A stretch of DNA of 64,000 bases from a virus, in IMG/VR virus record IMGVR_UViG_3300026263_000200; one strand, given 5' to 3'. Both the position numbers and the translations under genes were made by a program. Below are positions 29,452-38,327 of this stretch, one piece after another. The notes beneath the pieces are model-generated. The model ran no database searches. It was not told the DNA's origin and was given only the letters and a program-made list of their open reading frames with translations. The first letter of the stretch is position 1, and every line of letters begins with the position of its first letter.

Positions 29452-30125
29452 TAAATTTTTGCTGTGTATATTATGGAACAAAGTATTCATTAGATTATGT
29501 ACAAGTGCTATACAATATGGTACAACGACATTTAACCGTACCTCATAAGTTTATATGTTTTTCAGACCACGTAAAACCTCAAAAGATATTAAAAGGTAAT
29601 ATAGAGTTTAGAAAGTTTAGATTTCACGACTATAATGGTTGGTGGAATAAAATGCAACTTTTTAGTGAAGAAGCAGACCTAAAAGGACCTTGTTTATATA
29701 TGGATTTAGATGTAGTTATTTTAGATAACATTAATGAATTAGCGACATTTGGTGATGATATGACATTTGGTGTAATAAACGATTTCAACATATTGACAAA
29801 AGAGTATAATTCAAGTATAATGAAATTTAATAATGAAGTTGCAACAGATTTAGTATGGAAACCATTTCTACAACAAAAGACAGAATTGATGAAATTGCAA
29901 GGCGACCAAAACGCAATGTCCAAATTAGTTAAAGGTAGTCAATACCTAAAAGTTATGCCAGACGAATGGTCATATTCGTACAAATGGTTCAGCAGACAAG
30001 ACCCTAGATTTGATAAGAGTAAATGGACATTTGAAAAGAAAGAATCAGCCAAGGTTGCAGTATTTCACGGTACACCTTTACCACACGATTCAGACCAGGA
30101 TTGGGTCAAAAAAGAGTGGAATTAG
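29448..30125 (+). CDS. glycosyltransferase (GT-A)
   Basis: GTKYSLDYV, GWWNKMQLF, YMDLD, NSS, GDQ, VFHG. Confidence 0.8.
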   Translation: MINFCCVYYGTKYSLDYVQVLYNMVQRHLTVPHKFICFSDHVKPQKILKGNIEFRKFRFHDYNGWWNKMQLFSEEADLKGPCLYMDLDVVILDNINELATFGDDMTFGVINDFNILTKEYNSSIMKFNNEVATDLVWKPFLQQKTELMKLQGDQNAMSKLVKGSQYLKVMPDEWSYSYKWFSRQDPRFDKSKWTFEKKESAKVAVFHGTPLPHDSDQDWVKKEWN

Positions 30126-30139
30126 AACAAAACGAGAAC
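30125..30139 (+). promoter_or_regulatory. alphaproteobacterial LexA-type box GAAC-N7-GAAC
   Basis: GAAC AAAACGA GAAC; starts 56 nt before TTGACT. Confidence 0.6.
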
Positions 30140-30180
30140 AAATATCTCTAAAAATCGCATAAAATAAGTGTTTTTTTTTC

Positions 30181-30209
30181 TTGACTTTTAAGTAAAAAAC
30201 CTGTATAGT
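30181..30209 (+). promoter_or_regulatory. sigma70-type early promoter
   Basis: TTGACT-N17-TATAGT. Confidence 0.8.
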
Positions 30210-30220
30210 ATACACATACT

Positions 30221-30676
30221 ATGAAAAAAAACACTATGAACAAATCAAAAAAAGTTAAATTAAATGACGTTGACTATACTTTTAATGTAGTTTATTTAAG
30301 AGAATATATTGATCCAGATGACCAAGAATTCTTTTATGCATACGAAACTATCTATAGAAACGTTCCATATAAATTCAAAGACAAATTCAAAACAAAATCT
30401 ATGAAGATGAAAATTCTTAAATTTTGTGATTGGAATTATAAAGAACCTGCTGTTAACTTTCAAAACGTAACTAAAGTTGAATTAATAGACCAAGACGAAT
30501 ACTATAAAAATTATGAACAAGTATTTGGCGATACTGCCAAAGATAATAAAGATATGTTTAATGATTACGGTCAATCTTATGACAGACAATCTTTCAGAAA
30601 AGATTTTAATAAAGAATTAACATATAAATTAAACCCAATTAAGAAAAAAATAGAACAAATGAAAGGACTACACTAA
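30221..30676 (+). CDS. hypothetical early protein
   Basis: ORF track; first gene after the promoter. Confidence 0.65.
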   Translation: MKKNTMNKSKKVKLNDVDYTFNVVYLREYIDPDDQEFFYAYETIYRNVPYKFKDKFKTKSMKMKILKFCDWNYKEPAVNFQNVTKVELIDQDEYYKNYEQVFGDTAKDNKDMFNDYGQSYDRQSFRKDFNKELTYKLNPIKKKIEQMKGLH

Positions 30677-30867
30677 TGAGTAAAGTAAAACAATGGGCAG
30701 CAGACGTTGCCGAAAAAGCAGTTGATGATATTCTTACAAAAGTTAAGAATAAAATAATTGACTTAAAAACTGCTAAAGACGATATCTTAAAAATAGAAAA
30801 TCTTGCTTTAGTTGATATTGACGAAGATAATATAGATGAAGTATTAGAAATGGAGTTGAAAATATGA
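30676..30867 (+). CDS. hypothetical protein
   Basis: ORF track; coupled. Confidence 0.65.
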   Translation: MSKVKQWAADVAEKAVDDILTKVKNKIIDLKTAKDDILKIENLALVDIDEDNIDEVLEMELKI

Positions 30868-31331
30868 GCCAATTAACAGACGTATATGTAAATAAAGACG
30901 ATATCGGTAAAAACCTATATAGAAAAAAAACATACTATACATTATGCATAGAGCAAGATGTATTAGCAAAAGATAAAGATGAAGCAGATAAATTGCTTTC
31001 AGATTGCGGAATAGACCACGCAAAAATCAATAAAGACTTAACAGAAGAAAAAAACGGTGTTGAAACTTATATGACAGACGCTAACTATACAGATTCAGAT
31101 ACAACCAAGTATATTGCAAAAGTTGTTTATGATGACTATGACGGTTTAGAAAACGCCAAAGAAAACGGTGATGTTGAGTTAGATACTTATGCTTTAGAAG
31201 ATGATACAATTGATCCAGAAACAGGAGAGTGTATGAGTAAACCACTTGATGATTTACACGAAGCATTAAATCCAAATAACAAATATGTTTTAAAAGACGG
31301 TGAATTAAAAATCGTGAAAGAGAATCAATAA
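30864..31331 (+). CDS. acidic hypothetical protein
   Basis: ORF track; ATGA overlap. Confidence 0.65.
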   Translation: MSQLTDVYVNKDDIGKNLYRKKTYYTLCIEQDVLAKDKDEADKLLSDCGIDHAKINKDLTEEKNGVETYMTDANYTDSDTTKYIAKVVYDDYDGLENAKENGDVELDTYALEDDTIDPETGECMSKPLDDLHEALNPNNKYVLKDGELKIVKENQ

Positions 31332-31497
31332 TGCAAAGTGAACTATTATTATTGGGAGTGATTGGAATGCTTTTAACTATAATTGGATTCGGTATTGCTT
31401 ACCATATTGGAAGTAAATCAAATGAACCAGAAGTAAAATTAACAGAAGTACAAAAATCATTAAAAGATTTACATAACTTAAATGGAAAGGACGATTA

Positions 31498-31767
31498 ATG
31501 AAATATAATGAAGATAAAATATTAAAAGAAGTTTTAGACTATGTTAAAGGCACATACTCAAAACACTATTCTACTACTAAAGAAGGATTCCAAGTACAAG
31601 ATTTATTAAGACATTTAAAGATAGATAAAGATTTCAGTTTATCAAATGCAATTAAATACCTTTGCAGATACGGTAAAAAAGAAGGAAAAAACAAATTAGA
31701 TTTATATAAAGCAATACACTATATTGTATTGTTAATTAATAGTGAAGAAAATGAAAAAGAAAACTAA
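31498..31767 (+). CDS. DUF3310-family protein
   Basis: HYS...SNAIKYLCRYGKKEGKNKLDLYKAIHY. Confidence 0.8.
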   Translation: MKYNEDKILKEVLDYVKGTYSKHYSTTKEGFQVQDLLRHLKIDKDFSLSNAIKYLCRYGKKEGKNKLDLYKAIHYIVLLINSEENEKEN

Positions 31768-31794
31768 AAAACTTATATTAGAATTATTAGATTT

Positions 31795-32259
31795 TTGGCC
31801 AATGACAATAGTTGTGCCAATAATGATTATTTTAATTTTAACAGCAAATATATGGTAAGTAATAAAATTATATACAATAAAATGAATTTCTATTATGATG
31901 TAAATGATATGAACATATCAATTTACGGTAAAGATTGGAAACCAGTTGAGTATTTAAGTGATTCAGAAAGAAGAGAGAAAGTAAGACAGCATATATTAAA
32001 AAAAGACTTAACACAAAGAATAGGAGGAAAAAAGTATATGACATTATTAACAGAAAATCAAACAATCAACGGATTTGATAATACAGCAGATGTATTAATC
32101 TCTATTAAAGAGAACGTTGAAAACGGTAATAAAGATACAGCAATTGATATGCTAAATCAATTAATTGATAATGAGAAGTTAGAATCAGATATTGATGTTT
32201 CTATGAATTTAGAAAATGAGAGTTGTGATTGCTCTACTTGTAGAATTGGAAATAACTAA
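31795..32259 (+). CDS. hypothetical protein(s); strong internal RBS AGGAGG before the ATG at 32038
   Basis: ORF track; start uncertain. Confidence 0.5.
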   Translation: MANDNSCANNDYFNFNSKYMVSNKIIYNKMNFYYDVNDMNISIYGKDWKPVEYLSDSERREKVRQHILKKDLTQRIGGKKYMTLLTENQTINGFDNTADVLISIKENVENGNKDTAIDMLNQLIDNEKLESDIDVSMNLENESCDCSTCRIGNN

Positions 32260-32375
32260 AATGAGTGGAAACCACCCTATAGCAGACTATCAAAACACTT
32301 GGAAAAGCTCACCAGCGACCCTGCTAGAGCGTTGGAAATGCAGAAAAGTGAGTAAAATAGGGACTAATTTAGGGA

Positions 32376-32404
32376 TTGACATTAGCAACGATTTATGTTA
32401 TTAT
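32376..32404 (+). promoter_or_regulatory. sigma70-type promoter
   Basis: TTGACA-N17-TATTAT with an extended -10 TG. Confidence 0.75.
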
Positions 32405-32432
32405 TAATACAATTGAGAAAGGAAAATACATT

Positions 32433-32807
32433 ATGAGTACAGTAATATACAATAAAGAGAACATCTATAAAGAGTTTGATGTAGCAAAACAAAAAGACAT
32501 TGAACTATCAGACAAGAAAACACTAGAAGAAAAAGAGAACGATATCCATACAAACAGGTTACAGTTTTGTAAAGAACATAAAGAACTGAATGAGAAAGAC
32601 CCAGGATTGTATGATGTTGATATTAAGTGGGACAGTTTAATACTTGCCTACTCATCACCTAGTCCGAGAGACCATTTCTATAAAACAGTATTCGGTAGAA
32701 CTTATGCCGAACAAGTTGCCTTTGAAACTTCTGAATCAGAAGGAGATGACGGAGGAGAAGATTCGTATTATAGAAGTAGAAGAAAGAATAGAAACTACAA
32801 AAGATAA
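32433..32807 (+). CDS. hypothetical protein
   Basis: RBS GAAAGGA; ATG at 32433. Confidence 0.65.
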   Translation: MSTVIYNKENIYKEFDVAKQKDIELSDKKTLEEKENDIHTNRLQFCKEHKELNEKDPGLYDVDIKWDSLILAYSSPSPRDHFYKTVFGRTYAEQVAFETSESEGDDGGEDSYYRSRRKNRNYKR

Positions 32808-32826
32808 CATTAACAAAGAGGAGAAT

Positions 32827-33042
32827 ATGATGAAAACTTTGATGTCTATACTAGTATTAATTATACTATCAACTTCTGCTAACGCAGGAAAAGTTGAAGA
32901 TAAGATTAGTGCTGTAAATACGTGGTTAGCTAATGAGAAGCAAACTACTGTAGAATTTCAAAAAGTAAAATGGCAAGAAGGTAAAAACCAAATTGCTAGT
33001 ACTATTGCGAAATTTAAAAAAATGTTTAATTGGAGTAACTAA
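32827..33042 (+). CDS. small secreted protein
   Basis: RBS GAGGAG; signal peptide MMKTLMSILVLIILSTSANA. Confidence 0.65.
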   Translation: MMKTLMSILVLIILSTSANAGKVEDKISAVNTWLANEKQTTVEFQKVKWQEGKNQIASTIAKFKKMFNWSN

Positions 33043-33248
33043 TGTACGGAGATTTTGTTTGTACAAGTGCCAATGACGGTACACATTATTTCAGACCTGT
33101 AACTGCTAAAGCACATACGCTTTGGCAGGAAAAAGGTTTTAGTAAATATGTGATTGATAATAACGAAGACTATTACATTGTTAAGAGTGTTGATAGTCAG
33201 AAAATATGTAATGAGATACGCAAAAATAATTTGGATTTTACTAGTTAG
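33042..33248 (+). CDS. hypothetical protein
   Basis: ORF track; coupled. Confidence 0.6.
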   Translation: MYGDFVCTSANDGTHYFRPVTAKAHTLWQEKGFSKYVIDNNEDYYIVKSVDSQKICNEIRKNNLDFTS

Positions 33249-33699
33249 TTTATTATTAACTAATTGTGCTAACAGGTCACATACAGGTGCCGTGTTAGGT
33301 GCAGGAACAGGAACAGCAGTATGTTTAGAGTACATAGGAGATAATCCTTACTTAATTGCTACGTGTGCTGTTGGCGCCGCTTTTGCAGGTGCAGAAATTT
33401 TATATAAGAGTGATAAAGATGTTCACAATGCAGTATTTGTTGACCATTTGAATACAAGTGGTTCATCTTCATCTTATACAAATTGGTATAATGCAGAAAC
33501 AGGTAATAATGGAATTATACACATAACAAAATCTTATACTGTAGGTCCACTTAAATGTAAAGATTATGACCATACAGTTGATATAACTAGTCAATGGCCG
33601 TTAATTGGAATTGGTAATGTTAATAGAGAAATAGTGTTTGGAACTGCTTGTCAGTTGCCAGACGGTAGATGGATTGAAAAACCAGTAGGAGTGAATTAA
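33211..33699 (+). CDS. glycine-zipper lipoprotein resembling the Rickettsia 17-kDa surface antigen
   Basis: Lipobox LTNC; GAVLGAGTG; WYNAETGNNG...CKDY...GTACQLPDGRW. Confidence 0.8.
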   Translation: MRYAKIIWILLVSLLLTNCANRSHTGAVLGAGTGTAVCLEYIGDNPYLIATCAVGAAFAGAEILYKSDKDVHNAVFVDHLNTSGSSSSYTNWYNAETGNNGIIHITKSYTVGPLKCKDYDHTVDITSQWPLIGIGNVNREIVFGTACQLPDGRWIEKPVGVN

Positions 33700-33700
33700 T

Positions 33701-34201
33701 ATGGATCCAAAAAATTATAAAATTTATATGTATGCAACATTAATTATGATAACAGTATTGTTATGTATGGAAATGGCTTGGGGTTGTGTAGATTGTGATT
33801 TAAATAAAAAAGAATTTGAAAAAACTGCTCCAGTAATGGAAATAGAGTGGCATAATCCAGATGGAACTGTACACCGTAGTACTAAAGTTGTAGATGGTTC
33901 TCAAAAGATATTATATGACAATGTTAAACCAGTAACTAAAAACGATACTGACCAATTTTGTTATGTCAAAATTATTATTAAACAAGAAGCAAATGGAAAC
34001 ATTTCTAAAGAAGAGAAATTATATTGTTCCGATGGAAGAAGTGGTGTAGATACTCCTTCTTATTGGGAACTTTTTGCCCAGTTTTATTACCGTGATGTCT
34101 ATACACCAGAGTATTGTAGATATTATAGTCGTAAAAATCACGCTTTTAAATCGTACGGAAAAGTGTGTTTAAATGAGTACGGAGAATGGAAGGTAAAATA
34201 A
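33701..34201 (+). CDS. secreted Cys-containing hypothetical protein
   Basis: N-terminal hydrophobic segment; C-terminal CRYY...GKVCLNEYGEW resembles the tail of the preceding gene. Confidence 0.6.
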   Translation: MDPKNYKIYMYATLIMITVLLCMEMAWGCVDCDLNKKEFEKTAPVMEIEWHNPDGTVHRSTKVVDGSQKILYDNVKPVTKNDTDQFCYVKIIIKQEANGNISKEEKLYCSDGRSGVDTPSYWELFAQFYYRDVYTPEYCRYYSRKNHAFKSYGKVCLNEYGEWKVK

Positions 34202-34344
34202 TGATTAAAAATATAATCATAATTGCTCTCCTATTGGTTATTGTATATGGAGTTACTGCTGATGAATTTTTGAGCTATGCTCAATCCAGCGTTGACTTAT
34301 TGCAAGAACTATTATATAATGTACAAAGGAGTGTGAAAAACTAA
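34201..34344 (+). CDS. small TM protein (47 aa)
   Basis: MIKNIIIIALLLVIVYGVTADEFLSYAQ...; coupled on both sides. Confidence 0.55.
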   Translation: MIKNIIIIALLLVIVYGVTADEFLSYAQSSVDLLQELLYNVQRSVKN

Positions 34345-34967
34345 TGAACAAATACATTAAGATTTTATCAGTTGCTGTCTTTGGTCTATTGTTGACTAAT
34401 TGTGCAGGTAATTATAAAATCAAAAGTGAAAAAGGTAAGGTAGTTAATACTGTTCCAAAATGGTATATGGCTGATTTTTCTGAAACTAAAGCTTGTGATA
34501 TAGCAAGATTTGGTAAAGCGAAAGAAAAGCAATGTATATTTGGAGTTGGTACTAGCGTTTCACCAGACTTAAATCTCGCAATTGAGAAAGCTAAAATGAT
34601 AGCGAAAGCTGAATTAGCAGACATTATCAAAGGGGAGATGAACAAAGAGTCTAAACAGTTTATAACGGAGATTGGAAAATCTAATACGAAAACTGTTGTT
34701 AGTGAAGTAGAATCTGTATTGGTCAATATTATTAAAGATACACCAGTTAGAGGATATGAGATATTTGAGCAAGATGTAACCTTGACAAAGAACGGTTACT
34801 ATAGAGCTTGGATAGGTTTGAGATTGCCATTAGGTGAATATAATAAAATGTTCAACTATACAATTGAACAAGCTACAGACGCTTATAACTTAAAGTATCA
34901 CGCTAATAAGTCATTTGAGAAACTTATGAAAAAAGAAGAGGTTTCAGATGGACAAGTTAGTAATTAA
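34344..34967 (+). CDS. LPP20-like lipoprotein
   Basis: Lipobox LTNC; VPKWY; GVGTSVSPDLNLAIEKAKMIAKAELA. Confidence 0.7.
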   Translation: MNKYIKILSVAVFGLLLTNCAGNYKIKSEKGKVVNTVPKWYMADFSETKACDIARFGKAKEKQCIFGVGTSVSPDLNLAIEKAKMIAKAELADIIKGEMNKESKQFITEIGKSNTKTVVSEVESVLVNIIKDTPVRGYEIFEQDVTLTKNGYYRAWIGLRLPLGEYNKMFNYTIEQATDAYNLKYHANKSFEKLMKKEEVSDGQVSN

Positions 34968-35232
34968 AGATATCACAGTATATACGAAACAAAATTGTGT
35001 ATACTGTGTGAAGGCAAAGTCCCTTCTAAAGGGACTTGGTCTAACTTGGACGGAGAAGAAGTTAGAAGAATTTGCTTCTGTTGAAGCAATGATAGAGGAC
35101 ATTGGTAAAAAAGTAAGAGCAATGCCTCAAATAAAAATTGACGGTAAACTAGTCGGTGGATATAATCAACTTATAGAATATTTTAATAATAAAGGTTTAG
35201 TAAATTTTAAAGGTGAGATTGTCCGTGATTAA
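34948..35232 (+). CDS. glutaredoxin
   Basis: YTKQNCVYCVKAK, MPQI, GGY. Confidence 0.93.
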   Translation: MDKLVIKDITVYTKQNCVYCVKAKSLLKGLGLTWTEKKLEEFASVEAMIEDIGKKVRAMPQIKIDGKLVGGYNQLIEYFNNKGLVNFKGEIVRD

Positions 35233-35764
35233 AGATAAAGAGAAAAAAGGAAAGATAATTATATTTCCTGAAAACAGAATTAAAAAAAGAATTACAAAAC
35301 CACAAGAATCCCCATTTACAAAACGATTAAAAGAGCAACAAACTAGAGAGTTTATTGAACATAGTGTAGATGAAATTGGATTTGAATTATTAAGAAAATT
35401 TAGTGATATGGGTTTAAAGACTTCAAAGGAATCATTTACTAAAGACCTTGCGTTAGTTATTGATTGTATAAGAGGATTGATTTATAGAGATTTTGATATG
35501 GCACACGCCGCTCAATTAATGGCAAATAAAATGGTTGCAATAAAATTTAATAGAGGTGGTAAAGCAAGTGCCGCTAGGATAGACTATTCAGATTTTATGA
35601 AAGCAAAACCAAACAAACAAAGAAATATTTTTAATAAAGAATTTAAAGAAGAGTTAAATGATTTACAAGATGGATCAGATATGTTTGAATCTGATTTGGA
35701 TTTGAACGGTGATGATGATAATATCATCCCACCACCTTGGAACGGTAATGATGATAAAAAATAG
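35213..35764 (+). CDS. hypothetical protein
   Basis: KIIIFP motif; ORF track. Confidence 0.6.
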   Translation: MRLSVIKDKEKKGKIIIFPENRIKKRITKPQESPFTKRLKEQQTREFIEHSVDEIGFELLRKFSDMGLKTSKESFTKDLALVIDCIRGLIYRDFDMAHAAQLMANKMVAIKFNRGGKASAARIDYSDFMKAKPNKQRNIFNKEFKEELNDLQDGSDMFESDLDLNGDDDNIIPPPWNGNDDKK

Positions 35765-35900
35765 TTTAATGATATTAATAATGCTTACTTTTATGGGTTG
35801 TGCAAAAGATAAACCTACACTCAATTCAATGGAGAAATTTTTTGATTGTTTAGGGGATAGTAGTAAGTGTGAGAAATTAAAGAATTCCGTAAAGGAGTAG
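35709..35900 (+). CDS. small lipoprotein
   Basis: ILIMLTFMGC lipobox-like; start probably near 35748. Confidence 0.5.
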   Translation: MMMIISSHHLGTVMMIKNSLMILIMLTFMGCAKDKPTLNSMEKFFDCLGDSSKCEKLKNSVKE

Positions 35901-35945
35901 TCCAATGCAGACTTTAAAAAGCAAAACAAAGGAGGAAGAAACATT

Positions 35946-36242
35946 ATGTTTTTTTCAAAAAGTAAGGTTGCAGTAGCAACTAAAGGCAGAAAAAGACTGT
36001 CTAAAACTCAAAAAGTATTAAACTTATTTGAGAAAGGTGAACCAGTTTCTTGGAAACATTTAAGAAACAGATATGACCTAATATCACCAAGAGCGATGGT
36101 TGACAAACTACGTTCAAAAGGTCATATGATTTATGTAAATAAATCATCTTCAGGTACATCTTATAGATTGGGTACTCCTACAAAAGCTATTATAGCTGCT
36201 GGGATAACTAAACTATACGGTACTGAATACGCATATAACTAA
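35946..36242 (+). CDS. winged helix-turn-helix protein
   Basis: LSKTQKVLNLFEKG...SPRAMVDKLRSKGHMIY...YRLG; RBS GGAGG. Confidence 0.7.
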   Translation: MFFSKSKVAVATKGRKRLSKTQKVLNLFEKGEPVSWKHLRNRYDLISPRAMVDKLRSKGHMIYVNKSSSGTSYRLGTPTKAIIAAGITKLYGTEYAYN

Positions 36243-36307
36243 TTGCGTAATTGAATCGTAACCAATACGATTGACACAGGCGACCATATATAAAATTCGC
36301 CTGTGTC
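36228..36307 (+). other. three tandem stem-loops after the wHTH gene
   Basis: TACGCA/TGCGTA; AATCGTA/TACGATT; GACACAGGCGA/TCGCCTGTGTC (perfect 11 bp). Confidence 0.65.
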
Positions 36308-36474
36308 TTAATAAAAGGAAATTATGATAGAAGAAGAACTTAAATTAAGTAAAGAACAAAAAGAGTGGATAAAAGAGTTTATAAAAAAACACACAGCAAG
36401 AGGTTCACATAGGTGGGCATTTTGGTGTGAAGGAATTATAATAGGATTAATAATAGGAATGATAATATAATATT

Positions 36475-36810
36475 ATGAAAGAAGATAAATTTGTAAAATT
36501 AAACGATAAAATAAAAGCATTAAATTCAACAAGAGTATTTAAAAAGATAACACCAAAGTATGACCTATCTTGGTATATAAAATGGGTAGCAAGTTTAATG
36601 TTAATGGTTGCAGTTTGCTTTAGAGCAGCTGACTTTAATCATATGTTTGATTTATATTTTAGTTTTTGTGGAACTACTGGTTGGTTAGTAGTTGGATTTT
36701 TATGGCACGATAGAGCATTAATATATTTAAATGCTGTATTATCAACAGTATTATTAATAGGTATATTAAAAGAAATAACAACTTGTTCTACTTGTATGAT
36801 ACCATTATAA
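36475..36810 (+). CDS. small multi-TM membrane protein
   Basis: SWYIKWVAS...GWLVVGFLWHDRALIYLN. Confidence 0.75.
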   Translation: MKEDKFVKLNDKIKALNSTRVFKKITPKYDLSWYIKWVASLMLMVAVCFRAADFNHMFDLYFSFCGTTGWLVVGFLWHDRALIYLNAVLSTVLLIGILKEITTCSTCMIPL

Positions 36811-36811
36811 T

Positions 36812-37696
36812 ATGAAGACAACTGATTTAACACCAGTAGAAATTCATAATAAAATTTATTACAAAAGGGACGATTATTACACTCCTTATGGTAAAGAAAA
36901 TGTTAATGGAGGAAAAACAAGACAGGCAATTTGTTTGTTTAGAGAATTAAAAGATGAGATTAAAAACAAATATAATGGTGGAGTAGTTACAGGTTCATCT
37001 GTTAATAGTCCACAAGCACCTATCATAGCGGCAGTTGCTCAAGACTTTGGTTTTAAATGTGTCATAGGTGTGGGTGGTACAACACCTAAAACAATAGATA
37101 CCCACCATATGATGAGATTATCAAGACACTATGGTGCTGATATTGAAAATGTTGCAGGTCACGGATATACAGTTGCAATAGATAGTGGATTAAAAAAGAA
37201 AGTAATATCTAAAAAAGGTTATATGTTAATTAAATTTGGTAATAGTGCTGCTACAAATCCTGAATCAATATTTGATAGTGTTGCTAATCAAGTTGAAAAC
37301 ATACCTGACAAGTTAGATAACCTAGTAATTGCAGTAGGTAGTGGTATACAGTTTGCAGGTATAATAAAAGGTATAGAGAAGTTTAAGAAAAAGGTAAAAA
37401 GAATTATAGGGGTCACGTTTGTTGACCGTAGTAAAAAGATTGATGAGTACTTAAATCAATTTAGTAATCTTGAATCAGGTTTTAAGAAGTTTCAAGATTA
37501 TGAAATGTACAAAACACCTTTACCATATTCAAAATCAGTATGGGAAGATGTGGGTAATGGCTTTATTGACGATATATACGAAGGTAAAGCACATAAATGG
37601 ATGAGAGAGAATATAGATACTACAAAAGAAAAGACGCTATTTTGGAGTATAGGGAGAAGATTAACAGCGGAACAAGTAGATAAGTTATATAAATAG
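36812..37696 (+). CDS. PLP-dependent enzyme, fold type II (ACC deaminase / D-cysteine desulfhydrase-like)
   Basis: LTPVE...KRDD...GGKTR; SVNSPQ; VGSG; DDIYEGK. Confidence 0.8.
   Translation: MKTTDLTPVEIHNKIYYKRDDYYTPYGKENVNGGKTRQAICLFRELKDEIKNKYNGGVVTGSSVNSPQAPIIAAVAQDFGFKCVIGVGGTTPKTIDTHHMMRLSRHYGADIENVAGHGYTVAIDSGLKKKVISKKGYMLIKFGNSAATNPESIFDSVANQVENIPDKLDNLVIAVGSGIQFAGIIKGIEKFKKKVKRIIGVTFVDRSKKIDEYLNQFSNLESGFKKFQDYEMYKTPLPYSKSVWEDVGNGFIDDIYEGKAHKWMRENIDTTKEKTLFWSIGRRLTAEQVDKLYK
37688..37695 (+). promoter_or_regulatory. T4 late promoter TATAAATA
   Basis: Exact consensus upstream of the gene at 37730. Confidence 0.65.
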
Positions 37697-37729
37697 ATAT
37701 ATGATTAAATTAATAAATTGGAGTATAAA

Positions 37730-38254
37730 ATGGCAGAAGAACCAAAACAACATCCATCATTAATTAGTAAGTCTTCAATGCAAGCAATGGCTGCTACAAG
37801 CGGTTCACAGGACTTGTTATTTTCAGAAGTCTTAACTAAAGTAAATAACGCAAAAGATAAAGCTAAAAAGATAGAGGTTTTAAAAAAATATAACCATCCA
37901 TCTTTGAGAAGTATATTAAAAGGATCATTTGATCCTAGTATTGAGTGGGAATTACCAGAAGGCACACCACCTTTTATGGAAAATCCAGCACCGAAAGGTA
38001 GCGAACATACAATGCTTAAAACTGAAGCAAAACGTTTGTGGCATTTTATTAAAGGCGCAGATACTAAAACTACAAAAACTCAAAAAGAAACTATGTTTAT
38101 CCAAATGTTAGAAGGATTACATAGTGATGAAGCAAGATTATTGCTTAATACAAAAGATAAAACTTTACATAGAGTTTATAAAGGGTTAAGCGACTCTGTA
38201 GTTAAAGAAGCGTTTGGTTGGAATGATTTGTACCAAAAATTAGAACAAAAATAG
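37730..38254 (+). CDS. conserved T4-like phage hypothetical protein
   Basis: FDPSIEWELPEGTPPF, ETMFIQMLEGLH; RBS GGAG. Confidence 0.75.
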   Translation: MAEEPKQHPSLISKSSMQAMAATSGSQDLLFSEVLTKVNNAKDKAKKIEVLKKYNHPSLRSILKGSFDPSIEWELPEGTPPFMENPAPKGSEHTMLKTEAKRLWHFIKGADTKTTKTQKETMFIQMLEGLHSDEARLLLNTKDKTLHRVYKGLSDSVVKEAFGWNDLYQKLEQK

Positions 38255-38257
38255 AAC
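38243..38257 (+). promoter_or_regulatory. alphaproteobacterial LexA-type box GAAC-N7-GAAC
   Basis: GAAC AAAAATA GAAC; starts 56 nt before TTGACT. Confidence 0.6.
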
Positions 38258-38265
38258 ACTTTGTT

Positions 38266-38294
38266 AAAAAACCCTTATAAAACAAGGGTTTTTT
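38266..38294 (+). terminator. terminator-like hairpin
   Basis: AAAAAACCCTT-ATAAAAC-AAGGGTTTTTT. Confidence 0.55.
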
Positions 38295-38298
38295 GTGC

Positions 38299-38327
38299 TT
38301 GACTTTCCTTGTGGATTTGTGTATAAT
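38299..38327 (+). promoter_or_regulatory. sigma70-type early promoter
   Basis: TTGACT-N17-TATAAT with a TG extension. Confidence 0.85.
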
